A DNA stretch of 54,780 nucleotides, taken from contig JAUCBJ010004920.1 of NCBI GenBank assembly GCA_032718475.1, positions 1-54,780 of the forward strand, in the 5' to 3' direction. Position 1 is the stretch's first letter. The number at the start of each line of letters is the position of its first letter. Shown here piece by piece: positions 37,735 through 51,400 of the stretch. The position numbers and the translations under genes were made by a program. This stretch comes from Nemertoderma westbladi. Its lineage: Eukaryota; Animalia; Xenacoelomorpha. The notes below the pieces were generated by a model, which was given only the letters and a program-made list of their open reading frames with translations, made no database searches and was not told the DNA's origin.

Positions 37735-39526
37735 CTGGAGCTAGAATTGGAGCACTGGAGCACACATTGGCTAGAATGCCTCACAATAGACTACCAAATA
37801 TAGCACCCAATCTGCAACCACTCGATGGCAAAAAGAAAAGGAAAGGCAGGCCACGTTTTTCGTTTCGGCAAACTATTCAAAAAGACTTCCAATCTGCCAA
37901 CATAACGGTACAAGAAGCCATACAATTCGCACAGGACAGATCTGGATAATAAACAATTAATTAAAGACATGTAAACTGTAAGTTAGAGAATAATCATCTT
38001 ATGTTACCAATCCGAAAAATAGTAAATACCGAGAGAAAGCCGCCCCAATATTAGATTATTACAACAACATATCCATTGGGTAAGAAAGTGGAGGAGAGCC
38101 AGCCCGTATCTTGATTTTTTAATTTATATTACGCGATCAATTTTCACTCATCTCGTCATGAACCCAACATGTATGTAACCTTTTGTTAAATTTGTTGGCT
38201 ATGCGTTTGCGGTTGTTTGGGCGGAGTGTGGTAGGCCTACACTTTTCACACTTAAATATTTTGGTTGGGAAATGTTACAGGGCATAGCTATCTGAGATAT
38301 TTCATTATATTTTATTATGAGAGGAAGAAGAACATACAACGTTATTTACTATATTATATGTAACGAAATAATTGTTTTTGGGTTTGGAAGCCTCCCCAAA
38401 GAGTTGATATACGATTATATTTAAAATTATTTCCATGGTCATGGTCATTCACCCGTCTTTAGTTAGAAATTTGTTTGCATGAAAGACAGTTTAGTTTAGT
38501 TTTTACTGATTTATTATCTCTTATCTGACTGGGGTAATAATAAAGGATAGGATAAATGGAAGCAAAGTGTGACAGTAACAAATATTTCCCCGTCACCCTA
38601 GCATGTCTTAAGTATATGATATATCAAAGGGGGAAGTTTGGATTCACTGCATAAATGCAGTTCACCAAACTTCCCCCGAATGCACACTGTAACTTCCCCC
38701 TTCCCACAAATATCCACTGTTGAATTAATTTGAAGCGATATAATAAGTACAAAATTGTGCGAGTTTTTAAATGTGTGGTCCAATTGTTATTTGATTTCTA
38801 TTTATTATTTAAAGTGCATTTAATATCACACTGGTTTTTAGAATATTATACTATACAACCTTATGTTTATTAATTTACCCAATCGAAGCCTCATAAGGGC
38901 CGGTTATTTGTACGCATATCCCCTAATGCGCTCAGTAAGGTTCAAACAACATATTAATATGAAAATAAAGTATCTGCAAAGAAAAGAACCCAATACTATA
39001 TAATTTGACCTTATTAAAAAACTTTTGCACACTTATTTGTACAAATGCACTTTAGCAGATCGTAATGGTGGCTCTTATTTAACAAACTTATGTATATCCT
39101 CTACCGATCTACGATGGTGTATGATCAAGTGTCAGTCGCTAAAAGTGTCAAAAATCCAATTTAATAAATCTGGATTTGCGATTTTGGACCATATTCATGG
39201 ACATTTTTAAGTCACTTTATAGACATAAAAAGTTAAACAAATGTTACGATTATAGTTAGAAATCATTCCAAACTACATCTTAATCCAAAAAATAATATTC
39301 TACGATGAATAGAACTGGAAATAACAGTGTTTGAAATATCGAAAAAATTTTCACTATTTAAGTGCATTTTGCACTAAGTACACATGCGTCTTTTCCCAAG
39401 TTGTATCCTATTTCACACACTACAATCTATCCTCTATCCAATGAAAAAAGTTTCAGATTAAACGGCCCTGTAGAACCGAAGTTATTTATGTTTAAAAATA
39501 GTCACTCGAAAATTTCAAATTCTCTT

Positions 39527-39599
39527 GGTCACATAGTCTAGTGGTTATCAATCACGTTAATGAAACCTAAGTTCGCGGGTTCGAAATCCAATATTGACC
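39527..39599 (+). pseudogene. tRNA-like or SINE-head remnant
   Basis: A box TAGTCTAGTGG, B box GGTTCGAAATCC, GGTCA/TGACC partial acceptor stem; anticodon arm degenerate. Confidence 0.45.
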
Positions 39600-41077
39600 T
39601 AACCATTCTTAATTTTTTTGCAAAAAAATTATTTTTATTTTTTCACTAAAATCGCTCTAACTTCGGTTCTGGTGGTCCAAATTCAATAAAATTGGTATAT
39701 TCTTTGCCGTAATTTTTTTCTTAATCTTTTGAGAAGGGGTTATTTTTGGCCCCAAAAAAATTAAAAAAAAGGGCCAAAATAACGCGATATTTTTCGACCC
39801 TTAAAATTCGTAATTTTAATTATATATGTTAAGATAAAAGATAGCGGAGTTAATTTGATACTTTTTACAGGTACTTTTGGCGCAATACGCTAAATTATAA
39901 TGGAATAGAGATTTGTTAAAAAAAAAATTTTTCGTCCCTTTTTATAAATATTATATTTCACACGATCGCCTGCCGCTCCAGTTTTATAATACCTCCGGCG
40001 CTGTGATTAACGCTGTTAGATAGATAATTTAACGCACTATAAGTCTGTGTAAACAAATCTCCCGTAAGTTAAGTAGTTTTCGAGCTAGACGATTTCCCGC
40101 GAAGCAAGTTTGAAGCGCGAAATTATAATTTTGGCCCTCATTTTTTTAATATCATCCTTGGAGCAAAACCGATAGCATATTTGAATTCCCCGTATGGATA
40201 TTGACTGTATAGAATGTACCTTAACCAACTAAAGTTAAAAATAAAAAATTATTCGATAAAAACTACTTTACAAATTCTGGCCCTTTTTGGCCCCTATTGC
40301 CGACATATTTTTTGTACCCCCATTCGATAGGAACGTAGCCCCAATGGTCTTCTACGAGTTTCATAAAAGAATTAGTGGATTCCTACCCGCGTTGTCGAAT
40401 TAAACATTTCGGAAATAAGTTTTCCAAAAAAGACGGACAAAAACGTACAAATTTACAGCCCCTTTTTCCACCCGAAATTTTAATAAATATCTTACCCCCA
40501 TTCGATACGAAGGTAGTACCACTCTTCCCCTTTCCAACCGCGTTACTTTCGTCCCCGTACGATTAATATTAGCCGAGTTATAGCGGATCCCGCAAAGTCA
40601 TTTTGTCCGTTTTTTCAACTTTGACGGACATTTTCGGAAAAAAGGCGTGGTAATCTTTTTTGAAAAAAAAAACGAATTCACTAATTAATCCCTTCTATCG
40701 TATCCCGGCGTCGGCTAAGCAATAACCTAGGGTTTTTTCGAGCCACTGTAGAGCGCCTTTCAAAAAAATTTAAAATTGTCGAAAAAATGACGGATTTTTG
40801 TCCGCCGTGTCCGTCGAAGGGTTAGATTTAATAATGTTAGAGTTGCTAATATCTTAGAATTCCGAGCCGCTCCCCTGGTGAGAAAATAAAAAAATTTGGT
40901 CTGTTCCTTCATCGAAAAGTCCCCCACAATCCCAAGTTAACCTATATAGTTAGCGATGGCCTGCGGCTTTAGGAGCTGCAGTTACCTGAAGGATCCATAC
41001 GTGGTTCCATGCTCTAAGCGAGCTCGGTGGATTCGCCGGTGAAATCAGCCATCATCGTATCCATCATCTATGTGTGC

Positions 41078-42127
41078 TGTTCCCTAGAACGTCGCTTGAC
41101 AGAGGGGGGTGTCTTCGTGTATCGAGACATGTGCGAGTTTGAGTAGAAGAATATATAGGGAGTAGGTGAACGTCACCTCCCCAAAGGCGCCGAGACACGC
41201 CGCGACGCAGTCCCTGGTCAATCCCTAATGGCAAGAATCGAGTTTGCAACTACCAGCTGTACCGAAATATCGTGGCTATATGCTAAACTCTCATCAAGCC
41301 AGGGAGACGGGGGACTGGCCCGGAGCCATCACTGATCTACTATAACTCTAGCATCTATGAAGGGTTGGACAATTGCGTACACCTTAAAATTTCACACTAT
41401 TTGTCGGTTTTTCACACTATTTAGCTTAATTTGGTGCTTATTTGTGCACTTTTGTTCAATATATGGTCAAAATATGGTTCAAAAGCGCTTAACTTTAAAC
41501 ATTTACTAGAATGTCACTGTTTTGTGTAACCATGATAACAATTTTACTTTTCCTATACAAGCTGTACTAAGCGGTTGCATTCACAGTTGTACAAGTTCTA
41601 TCTATGTTTCCTGGGAAACACGTTGTTTCATTGTTATTTAATTAATTATTCCATGACATATTGGTAAATAGAGATTAGAATGCTCATCTCTCACACTTAT
41701 TTCACACTAGTAACTACTGTAATAGTTATTTGGGCATTTATGGCGATATTAAATTTAATTGTGGTTATTAATTTGAATTTAATGATTAACGTTTAATATA
41801 ACATTTTCAAACACGCTTCAAACAAATCCGCTTCCACGATTGAGTATTGTCATTAGTAATTAGTCACTTATTTTGAATTATTTAGGTTTTAAATCAAATA
41901 ATTTGCTGTTAAATTAAATTTTTGCAAATGTAGCTATCATATACAACATACAATTAACATGAGTAGGTTTGTTGCTACGCACGCTGTAGTCTAATATTAA
42001 TACCTACACTGTATAAAATGGCTAATAAATAATTACACACTCAATCGTAACCCTTTATAAGACGTTACTCCAGTTTATATGTCAGATTACTTGGTCTAAA
42101 CCTTTGTTGCCCGTAGTTACCGGAACA
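41078..42127 (-). repeat. 3' LTR of BEL element 2 (distal boundary uncertain, could be ~40900)
   Basis: TGTTCC start after the PPT; TGTTCC on the + strand at 41078 and also at 40902. Confidence 0.5.
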
Positions 42128-45100
42128 TTCCCTTGCCAATTCTACTAAAGAAAGGCGTCCAATTGGTCGATTGAAATAGTGTACTTTGGGTTTGGGTGTA
42201 GCTCTCCAAATAGCCAGTTCAACTGAGCGTACCAAAGTCATCATTTCCCGTATGGATTTCTGTTATACGGCCCGTTTCCCAGTTCATCTAGGTTGGTCTT
42301 GATCCACTAAGAGTACTATATCGCCAACGGATACATTTTCCTTCTTGGTAAACCATTTGGTCGAGTTGGACTGAAGGTAAATAGTATCTCTCGAAGTGTG
42401 TAGCGAATCGCCGAGATAGTAGCTGCATCATTTGCCAAGTACGTCTCAACAGTTCATCGCCATCCTGTGGATCGGATTTGGGCAGCATTGCCACTGGTTT
42501 TCTTAGTAGGAAATGGGACGGTGTGAGGGGTTCCATGGCTTGTGGACTCGACGGGATAGGTAGGAGGGGTCTATCGTTTAAGTAGCTTGATTTTTCCTCC
42601 AAAAGAGTTCTGAGCAGTTCGTCGGTCAAATAAGCCTTACAGGGGATGATATGATGGAACGCGACCCTTGTACTTTTTATCAACCGTTCCCAACTTCCGC
42701 CCCACCAGGGCGCGTCGGTGGCATTGAATGTCCATGTTGATGCCGACACTTTAAGGTGTTCTTCGAGTTGGTAATCGTTCCTTTCTGTAATAAATTTGGA
42801 GATTTCATTGTGGGCGCCTATGAAATTAGTCCCCTGGTCAGACCTAATAGTCCGGCTAGTTCCAAACCTACCGATCTGTCTCCGGAGGCAAAGGATGAAA
42901 CTTTTCATCGACATGTCATTGACCATATCGAGATAGACTGCTCGAAAAGTCATGCAAAAAAAGATGACGCACCACCATTTTACTATCAAGCGGGCACGCT
43001 TAACTTGAAAGGGCCCGAAGAGGTCTATGCTGGTGTGGGTGGATGGGGGTTGATAACAATCGACTCTTTCCATTGGGAGCGCCGCTTCCAATTGAGTCAT
43101 TGGCTTGCTATAAATGCTTTTGCAAGGTATACAGTTTCGTAGTATCTGGTTGAGAGCCGCGCGAGGGTGAACTAGATAATAACAGGTGCTGATCTCGCTC
43201 AATATATGTTCTCTCCCGGCGTGATAGAGTCGGTAATGAACGTCCTGTATCAACTTGGTTTGAATTTCGGGATCGAATATTAATATGGGGAACATAGTAT
43301 CCCTGGAGATAGGAGCGTTAGTGAGGCGGCCTTCAACTCGAATTAACCCATTTATCATAATACTTGAGAATTTGTCCGCCAATGGGGTCAAGGGGTCGAC
43401 GCTGAGCTGATTATATTTCTCAGGCTTCTCAAGCGTTTGTGAAATTCTCAATAATTGTAAATTAGATTTGTCTACTTCATTAGGTGTTAAGCCTACTACA
43501 GGTACGCTATTAGTACTATACCAAAAGTGGAAAAGTTGTTTTAGTATAGTTATAGCCCTACATATCTTATCCCATGAGCTATAATGGTTCATGGCTCGGG
43601 CTATTAGTGGGGATAGACATGTATCCACGTTAGGTAAGTCTGATTGATTTGTGGATATTTGGGGGTTGTCTGGGACAGCTTCAGCACTGGGTTGAATGCT
43701 TGGGGGAGGGTCTGAATTTTGACTGTCTAGATTGTTTACGTAATTCTTAGTTGCTATATCAATGGGTCTGAATAGTTTGGATTTCGATGGTCTGATTTTA
43801 GGTTTTACGATTTCCAGACCTTTAACCTGTCTCATTTCCTCGGGAGTAATATGAGCAGGCCATTGATCCTCTGGTTGGGATAGGAAATAGGGTCCATTCA
43901 ACCAACACTTAGAGTTTATTAGGTCCTTGGGGGTTGCACCATGGGAAGGTATGTCCACGGGGTTTTGCGGTCCGGGAATATACCTTCATTGTTCTAAATT
44001 AGTGTGGTTGAGTATTATGGATACTCTGTTTGTGATATACACACTAAAACCACAAACGGTATTAGTCAAATATTCCACAATATGGCTGCATCTGTCCAAA
44101 AAACTGTCCTGGAAATTGTGAAGGCGGTTTCGTCAAGGATATTTTTGGTGACAATCATCATGAATAACGCGGCCTTTAGCTCGGCCCTTGGGACAGTCAA
44201 GCTTTTTACTAAAGATTTGGACGCGACAAGGGACACCCGAGTGTCTTGGGGTGTTGTAGCTCTATAGAAAGCTATGATGCCAATGCCCTTGTCACTTGCG
44301 TCGCTGAACACATGCAGTTGGTATGTATGTGATGACAGAGCATTGGGGAAGTATGCTCGAGGTACCCGAAAGCTTTCAATGTCAGGTAAGGCATTACCCA
44401 CCTGGACCAGTTAATTAATAAACTAGGACTAAATAAACAGGACTTATAACACCTATAGGATTGAGCAATCTACTTAATATGCTAAGACAAATACGCTTAG
44501 TACATACACCTAGAGGTCTAACCTGGACCTTAAAAAACATTTCGTCCAGTTGCGTATCCCATCTAAGTCTGAGAGTTTTAGTTGCCAGTAGGTCGTCTTT
44601 GCTCAGGTCTAAGTCGTGGCTGCCTCTTTCCTTTTCGGGTATAGTTGACAGGAATCCCTGGGAGTTGCTGGTGAACTTGGTTAAGCGGAAGCCACCTTTC
44701 TTTAAGCAGTCGACTGTCCCTTTGGCGATGGACACAGCTTCTAGTACGGTAGGGACTGAGTTATCGTCCATATAAATATTACGTTTAATGTTATTGATGA
44801 CTCGTATAGGTGTTTGTTGTCGTCTGAAGTGCGGGACACGATATGGCAGGCATTAGAAGGGCTGGGTATTAGGGCTTGTATAGTCATCCAGTAGTATTTG
44901 GGTGGTTTAGTGACATCTCCTCCGGGCCACCAGAGGAAACGCAGACTATCCTGATCCTCCTGGGTGACTTTGACCTGCAGGAACATCCCTTTGATATCTG
45001 AGGCAAAGGCAACATTGAATTGCCGTAATCGAATTAATATCTCTGGAAGTGAACGCAATAAGTTAGGGCTGGCAATCAGTTGAGAGTTTAACGATTGTCA

Positions 45101-45727
45101 CTTATATAAGGCTGATCCATCGAAAACCACTCTAACTTTGTCTGGTTTATCAGGCCATTTTACATAATGGTGAGTTATGTAATAAGTACGATTGGTGTGG
45201 GGTGTATCAGGTGGCACTTCCATAGCATATCCTTCACTAATAGTCTTAAGTCATTTGTTCATTATACATCCTATAAGCATTGGGGTCGCTGGTTAAACGT
45301 CTCTTTAGTTGGCTAAGGCGTTTCTCAGCTAGGACTCGGTTATTCAAGCTAGGACTCGGTTATTCATCAACTTTACCGATTTGGAGTGCCACAGTAATCC
45401 TGTTTCGTATCTACCTTTATCTGGAATATAGCGAGTGGTAGTGTATTGAATTTGTATAGCTCGCTCTTCTTCAATGGATAGGGCGCGATCATGGGAATTT
45501 TCTTCCATCTTTTGTTAATCTACCCAGTTGGATATTTTCTCGGCCAAAGTCGCATCCGCAATTGATTGGCATAATAAAATATCCCTGTCTTCTTCGGTAT
45601 CTGAATAACCGTCAGTTAATGGGGCCACTTCTGTTAACAAACAACGGGTGTATTCTCCGTATTCTAACATAGTGGTTGCGACGTCCGTGTCGAAACAAGA
45701 GGTTGGTAGGTCATTATCATTGGAGTC

Positions 45728-48700
45728 TACTACTACTACTAGGATCGGCATGCTGCATTGCAGCTGCATTTTTAAGAATGCTGTGCCGGCTTGTCAACAA
45801 AATTGCACCGCCACAACTCCCTATCACCCATGACATTTGCTAGATCATCCGCATCTTTAAGGCCAGTGTCCTTTAAGATGCGTCTCAAGAAAGTCATGGG
45901 CTGTCCACCATGCTTATTCACTCCATGAGGCTGCCAAAGTACAAGATTATGCACTGGCTGGTCCTCACGGCGAAAGCAATGTCCTGCAAAGCGGAGGCGA
46001 TTTTGTTCTAGTGTCAAGCTTGGGGGAACCAATGAGACACCTCCAATGTTATATAGTGTCTGGTTGGAGATGTGTGCATTGTACTTGACACAATGAACCC
46101 GGCGTAGCATTCTTGTGAATGTGCCATCCAGAGATTTGGTGTCCTCAGCAGTTAGAGCCCAGCATGGACTCCCGTAGAGGAGTACTGGAACTACTGCTGC
46201 TCTAAATAATCGGACCTTAAGTTTCCGATTAATTCTCGGTGACTTCCAAATCCTGGAAAGCCTATTCAAGGCTGCCCATGCCTTTCCCTTACGTATTCGA
46301 AGGTCCTCACCTGACTTCCGGATCCATGATCCCAGGTAACAGAAGTCGTCCACATGCTCAAGCATACCATCCTTTGAGCTTATGCTCATCCGATCAGAGA
46401 CTTGTTGAGGACTTTCAAAGTTAACTGTCAGAATTTTGGTCTTTCTGGAGTTAATAAAAAGACCAACACTAGAAGCAGCATGTTCTAATGAGCTGAGGAG
46501 CCGTTGGGCTCCCTCTAATGATTCTGAGAGTACTCCTAAGTCATCAGCAAAGTCTAGATCAGTTAGGTACTTGGCAGGATTTCCTCGACTTCCGGAGCCA
46601 GTAGGTGGAGTTATCATCACCCCATCATCATTATAATGATCTAAGGACATGCGTAGAACATAGTCAACCACAATAATGAACAAGAATGGTGCAAGTGTGT
46701 CTCCTTGGAGGACGCCCCATAACACTTCAAATGGTTCTGTGTCACCGTCAACAGTAGACACGAATGTTGTCGAACCATCGTATACTGATCTGATTGCTGC
46801 AATAATTTCATCAGGAATCCCATATAATGAAAGTATGCTGAACATACGTGAGCGAGAGACTGAATCAAAGGCCTTGAAGAAGTCAACAAAGATAACAGCC
46901 AGATGCCTGTCTTTCTTTTTTGATAACTCTTCAATTATGGGCTCCATGGTCCCACGACCTTTACGGAACCCATTCTGATTTCCACGGAGCAGTCTCTCAA
47001 TGGGATCCCTGATGCGATTTAATAGAATCCTATTGTATAGCTTTGCAGCAATCGAGATCAATGAGATTCCCCGAAAAGAACCATAGAGTGTTAGGTTGCC
47101 CTTCTTGGGAACTGGCACCAACTTATTTGTTTTCATTTCTTGTGGGACTCTTGTTGTTCGATACATGTCTACTATGATGGGATAGATGAGCTTTAAACAC
47201 TCAGGTATTTTAAAGACCTCAGGGGGAACACCATCTACTCCACTGGCACGATTGGTCTTAATGCTCTTTGCAGCAGCTTTCACTTCTGCAAAGGAGATAT
47301 CGCCAATGGGAATATCTGGGAGTACAGACTCAGACACTTTTACTTCTATAAAGTTATCAGGCAATACCCTGTCATTATTGAGGAGCTTTTCAAAGTGGGC
47401 TTTCCAACCATTGAGGCGATCGGCTGGTGATTCAGCCTTAACCTTGGTGGTTGGTTGGCTTTTCCACCCAGTAAGCAGATTGATCGATTTCCATGCCTGG
47501 GATGATTGCCTGCTGTCGTCAGCATCATTGATGGCATCAACCTGTTGGTTTATTAGCTCCTGTAGATTAGCAGAGTACTGCCTGTTCATGGACCTAGATG
47601 AAGCCTTAACTGCATTCTTGGCCGCTGTAGTCTGTTTGAGTCGGGACTCTTTCTGCGCCTTATGAAGGTCATTTCGGCACTTTTGTTGTTGTTGTTGTCA
47701 GTCCAGGGGGCCCTTTTCCTGTTTCGAGGGTATACAGGAACTGTTTCTGCAGCTGCTAACTTAACTGCTTCTGTAAAGGCAGTATAGCCCTCACAGTGAT
47801 CTGCCGCCTCAGAGGCAAGAGCCTCATACCTGTTGCTCAGCTGTAGTGTGAAGCTGGATCTCACACTTGGCTGTTGCAACAGAGAGGACCAGTCATGCCG
47901 TGGCAAGGCAGATTTCGTTGTTCTGCTAGCATGCAGACTAAGTCTTACCTTGGCCACAATAAGGCGGTGATCACTGGAGAAGGGTCGAAGTGTAAATGCA
48001 TTACAGTCTTGTATAGAGCTCCTGTATTTCCTACGAAACAGAATATGGTCTATCTGCGACTTGTGACCACTGGGTCCACTATGAGTCCATAGCTTTCCAG
48101 TTCGCTTTCTTGAACTGGGTTCCAGCCGAAAACAATCCATTTCCAGAGATAAAATCCTGAAGATGGACAGAATTTCGGTTAACACTATTGCTATAGACCG
48201 TAGGTGATTGACCGTAAGCGATGTAGGTGATTGATGCAGACTTGCATTAAAGTCTCCCAGGAATGTTAAGAATGCATGCTGATCCACTCCATCAGTAGCT
48301 GCTTGTAGATTGTGGTAGAAATTTTCCACCTCCTCTACAGGGGCAACACTAGTTGGAGAGTAGCACACAATCAGAACCACCGTAGGAAACTTCTTAGCCA
48401 GTCTTCCAGAACATGAGAAGTGGCAACGGATGATGCGGTTAGAGACATGGTCTATTTTGTCCAATGCTGCATGTGCAGTTGGATTCATCAATAGACCAAT
48501 TCCACCATTGCCACTATCATCTGCTGACGCGAGGGCGAGTCGCCAACCGCCCCCATGTCCTTAATCAGAACCTCATCAGTCTGTCCAGTCTGCATTCGGT
48601 GCTCTTGAACACCCACTGCGCTAAGAGAAAGCTTATCTGCCAAGGCAGTCAGCTCACCTTGTCGCATTGGGGACCCGAGTGTTAGGGTGTTTAGTGAGGC

Positions 48701-49481
48701 TAGTCTTGTGATTTGCCTCAGATTCACCAATGGCTTTGTTGGTCGGGGTGGAACATGAGAGTAGCCTCCAACTCCAGAATCCCTCTCCCCATCACAATCT
48801 GGCCTTCCTGGTGACCCAGGGTTTGGGCCAGAAAGGTCATCAGGAAAGGGACTCAAAGAATTGTTGGCTGCTCTCTCTCCAGTAGGGGGTGAGACCGGCA
48901 GCCGGTCAGGAGTTAACTGACGCCTGTGAGGCCGATTGTGTCCGGTAATTCCACTGGCCTCTAGTGGCCGGACCTCCGCATTGCTAATGTAATCCATAGT
49001 GGGGGTTGGGGGGTGCTTTTTTGCCGAGTCAGCTCTCGGGGCAAATACCACACCCTGGTTTGCCATTCCACAGGGTGTGTGTCGCAATGGAGTCAGATAT
49101 GAGGCCCATCACCCATATCTACTCTGGCGCACATGACCCACCATTGGCTGTTGCATCTCATCTGCTGGGTCATGCCCTGTACCCTTGCTGCCAGGTGCAG
49201 GTCGCAGTGAAGTGCTCTCAGAGTGGACATGAGAACACTCTACTCCTGACCAGCCATGGGTAGATCACCATCTGCCTGGTCAGGCCATATACCCCTGCAG
49301 CCAAGTATATGGGTCCTTAATCCAGGACCAAGGGCGTCCTTATCCCAGAACGAAGGGGGTCCTAGTTACAGGACCATATTTTCCCTAGTAAGAGGGTCTA
49401 TGCAGCTACAGGTGGCACCTCCTTTATGCTGCATGGAGGTGGCAAGTTTTCTTGATCTGGAATACCTGACCTGACTGAGAG
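45728..49481 (-). mobile_element. Near full-length RTE-like LINE (family B) with an 11-bp TSD
   Basis: TSD TCATTGGAGTC at 45717-45727 and 49482-49492; (TAG)n tail; APE (ASLNTLTL, GVQEHR, GDFNA, SDH); RT ORF 45772-47589. Confidence 0.93.
45772..49087 (-). pseudogene. APE endonuclease-reverse transcriptase ORF of LINE B, frameshifted
   Basis: ORFs 48488-49087, 47586-48491 and 45772-47589 give consecutive APE and RT motifs. Confidence 0.9.
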
Positions 49482-50458
49482 TCATTGGAGTCACTCGACT
49501 TGTAGTCACAAATTTTTGAAAATTTTGTTCCAAAATCGGATCCTCCTTCCGCGAATTCCTCCGTTTCCATGATCTTATTAGTTTTGTGGGAATGGATATA
49601 GTTGATAGACAGATTTTCGGAATGAATGTTATTAGTCGATATTTTCTCGTTTGTTCTTCTTTCATTTAAGGTCTTTATGGATGGACCGGTGCAGAACCAA
49701 CCTACTCTGGTTCTACCAGCATAAGTCAATAATGGTGGAGGAGAACTAGGGAATTTCTCTAGAATTTCCATGGCTTCCGGTGCGTTCTGGCCGATAAGCA
49801 ATTGAACTCCTTGTCGATCGAGTTGGTATCACGGTATGTTGTTGTGTTTTACAAAGTCATCACTATCCCAATCATACATAGGGGCTTGACTTTCGGCAAA
49901 GTTCTTTATAGCTACCATCTTGATATTATCCAATTTACATATCTCATTGGTATCTCCCGGGTCGGATAGTGAGACCTTGTAATAACGTGTTTGTATGACC
50001 GATTCCCAGATTTGCATCATGCCAGAAAGATTTAGTTTCATTGGATGACCATCATTCTCATCGAATAGCATGAATCATCATGATCGATGAAAGATCCCGA
50101 ACTTCCAGTGTCCAGTAAAGCGTTTACAATGATGCTGCGATTATTGTAATGTAATCTGACCTGTAAGACGGGGAATTCTCTAACACCAAGCGAATTTGGA
50201 TTTGAAGTCCGTTGAGATATTTTGTCGTCTGATGTCTGTTTGGGAGTAGTCGGCAACTCATACGTGATTGCTTCGTATACCACTACATTATTACAGCTCT
50301 CTTCGTCCATGGAAAACTCATCAGTGTCGAATTCTTGTTCAGAACATCCTGAGGTATCGTTGGATGAATAATCAGTGAACTGGACTTTCGCTTCCATCTG
50401 TGGAAATATGTCCTTCTGATGTAATAGATAGTGATGGTTACCATTACATTTAACACAT

Positions 50459-50577
50459 GATATTTAGATTAACATGATATTTTTCGCTATGGAGAGCATT
50501 ATCATATTGTCTTATTTACATTATATATATTTAATACACCGCGTCACTCACCCCACAACAATCCACTTATTATTATT
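50459..50577 (+). mobile_element. Short retroposon 3' fragment with (TTA)n tail, inside BEL2 gag
   Basis: Flanked by the 11-bp duplication ATTTAACACAT (50448-50458 and 50578-50588). Confidence 0.65.
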
Positions 50578-51400
50578 ATTTAACACATTTGTAGGTGTCT
50601 TTCAAATAGCATTTGCTCGTACTATGTCCTGGACATAAACACAGGAAACATACTCTTAGTGTGTTAACAGTCTCCCTTCCTTTTTCCAATGATAATTTGA
50701 TAAAGTCCAGGCATTGCGATAATCTATGGGACTCTTTGTTACATAGTAAGCAGCCAGCGTAGGATGCTGATTTGATAATCGGTTTCAGTGTTTTTTACTT
50801 CAGAGTGTTGAATTTGTTGTGTTTTGACAGTTTGGACGGGAGCACGGCCGCGATAAGGTCTATCAGACTGAACCTTGCTTCAGGAGATGGAGATCTAGGG
50901 TCCCTTCGCTGTTTGGCCGTGTGTTTAGTGTTATCTGAGATGTGATAGGAACTTTCACTTTCTTCTGATTCTTCTTCACACATTGATAGATCGGTTTGGT
51001 AAACTCGTTCCCGGCATTTGGTTTAGGGGGTTTTATTGAGTTTCGGGTCTACGTTGCGCTTGCGACGTTGAGAAATCATCAGCAGTGAGGATTCGTAGTT
51101 AAGGTATTCCAGGAAATCCTTCATGCCTAAAGCTGGTTTATTGCGGAGTTTAGCGTTTAGTACGTTGCGGTCCCATCGTGTGGATACACTGCCCTTAGGT
51201 AGGGCTGCAGAAATCATGCCAACTACGACCGGAGTGTCATAATATTCGTGTTTGTCCAACCAATCTAGTTGTCTACAGATTTCCTTAATCCCGTCAACAA
51301 ATTCAATCATTCCCGAAGTTATCACACGTTTACAGTTTACCAACTTTTGATACAGATATTGGGCTATTGAAGCTTTAGCCATTTATATTGGCTGAGTTAT

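Larger units (their letters stand above)
32560..37990 (+). mobile_element. 5'-truncated RTE-like LINE (family A), split by a second LINE and a minisatellite
   Basis: RWVEFYSELLN, RGISLTSIPGKV, IDFAKAFDSV, VRQGCLL (~33725); resumes ~36500 with FADD, IRPVVLYS, RLRWFG and R.KGRPR. Confidence 0.85.
41078..51400 (-). mobile_element. Second, degraded BEL/Pao element (5' part missing), split by a LINE
   Basis: gag remnant 51023-51382; Zn knuckles ~50430-50760; ALLDTGS; FASDIKGMFLQV; YMDD; FSDAS and RAELKAA; IN 42288-43958; PPT GGCAAGGGAA then TGTTCC at 42127. Confidence 0.9.

Noticed and set aside
38800-40950. Defined DNA transposon (also 5410-5830)
   Set aside because: It has dispersed inverted motifs typical of non-autonomous elements, but I could not fix termini, a TSD or any transposase
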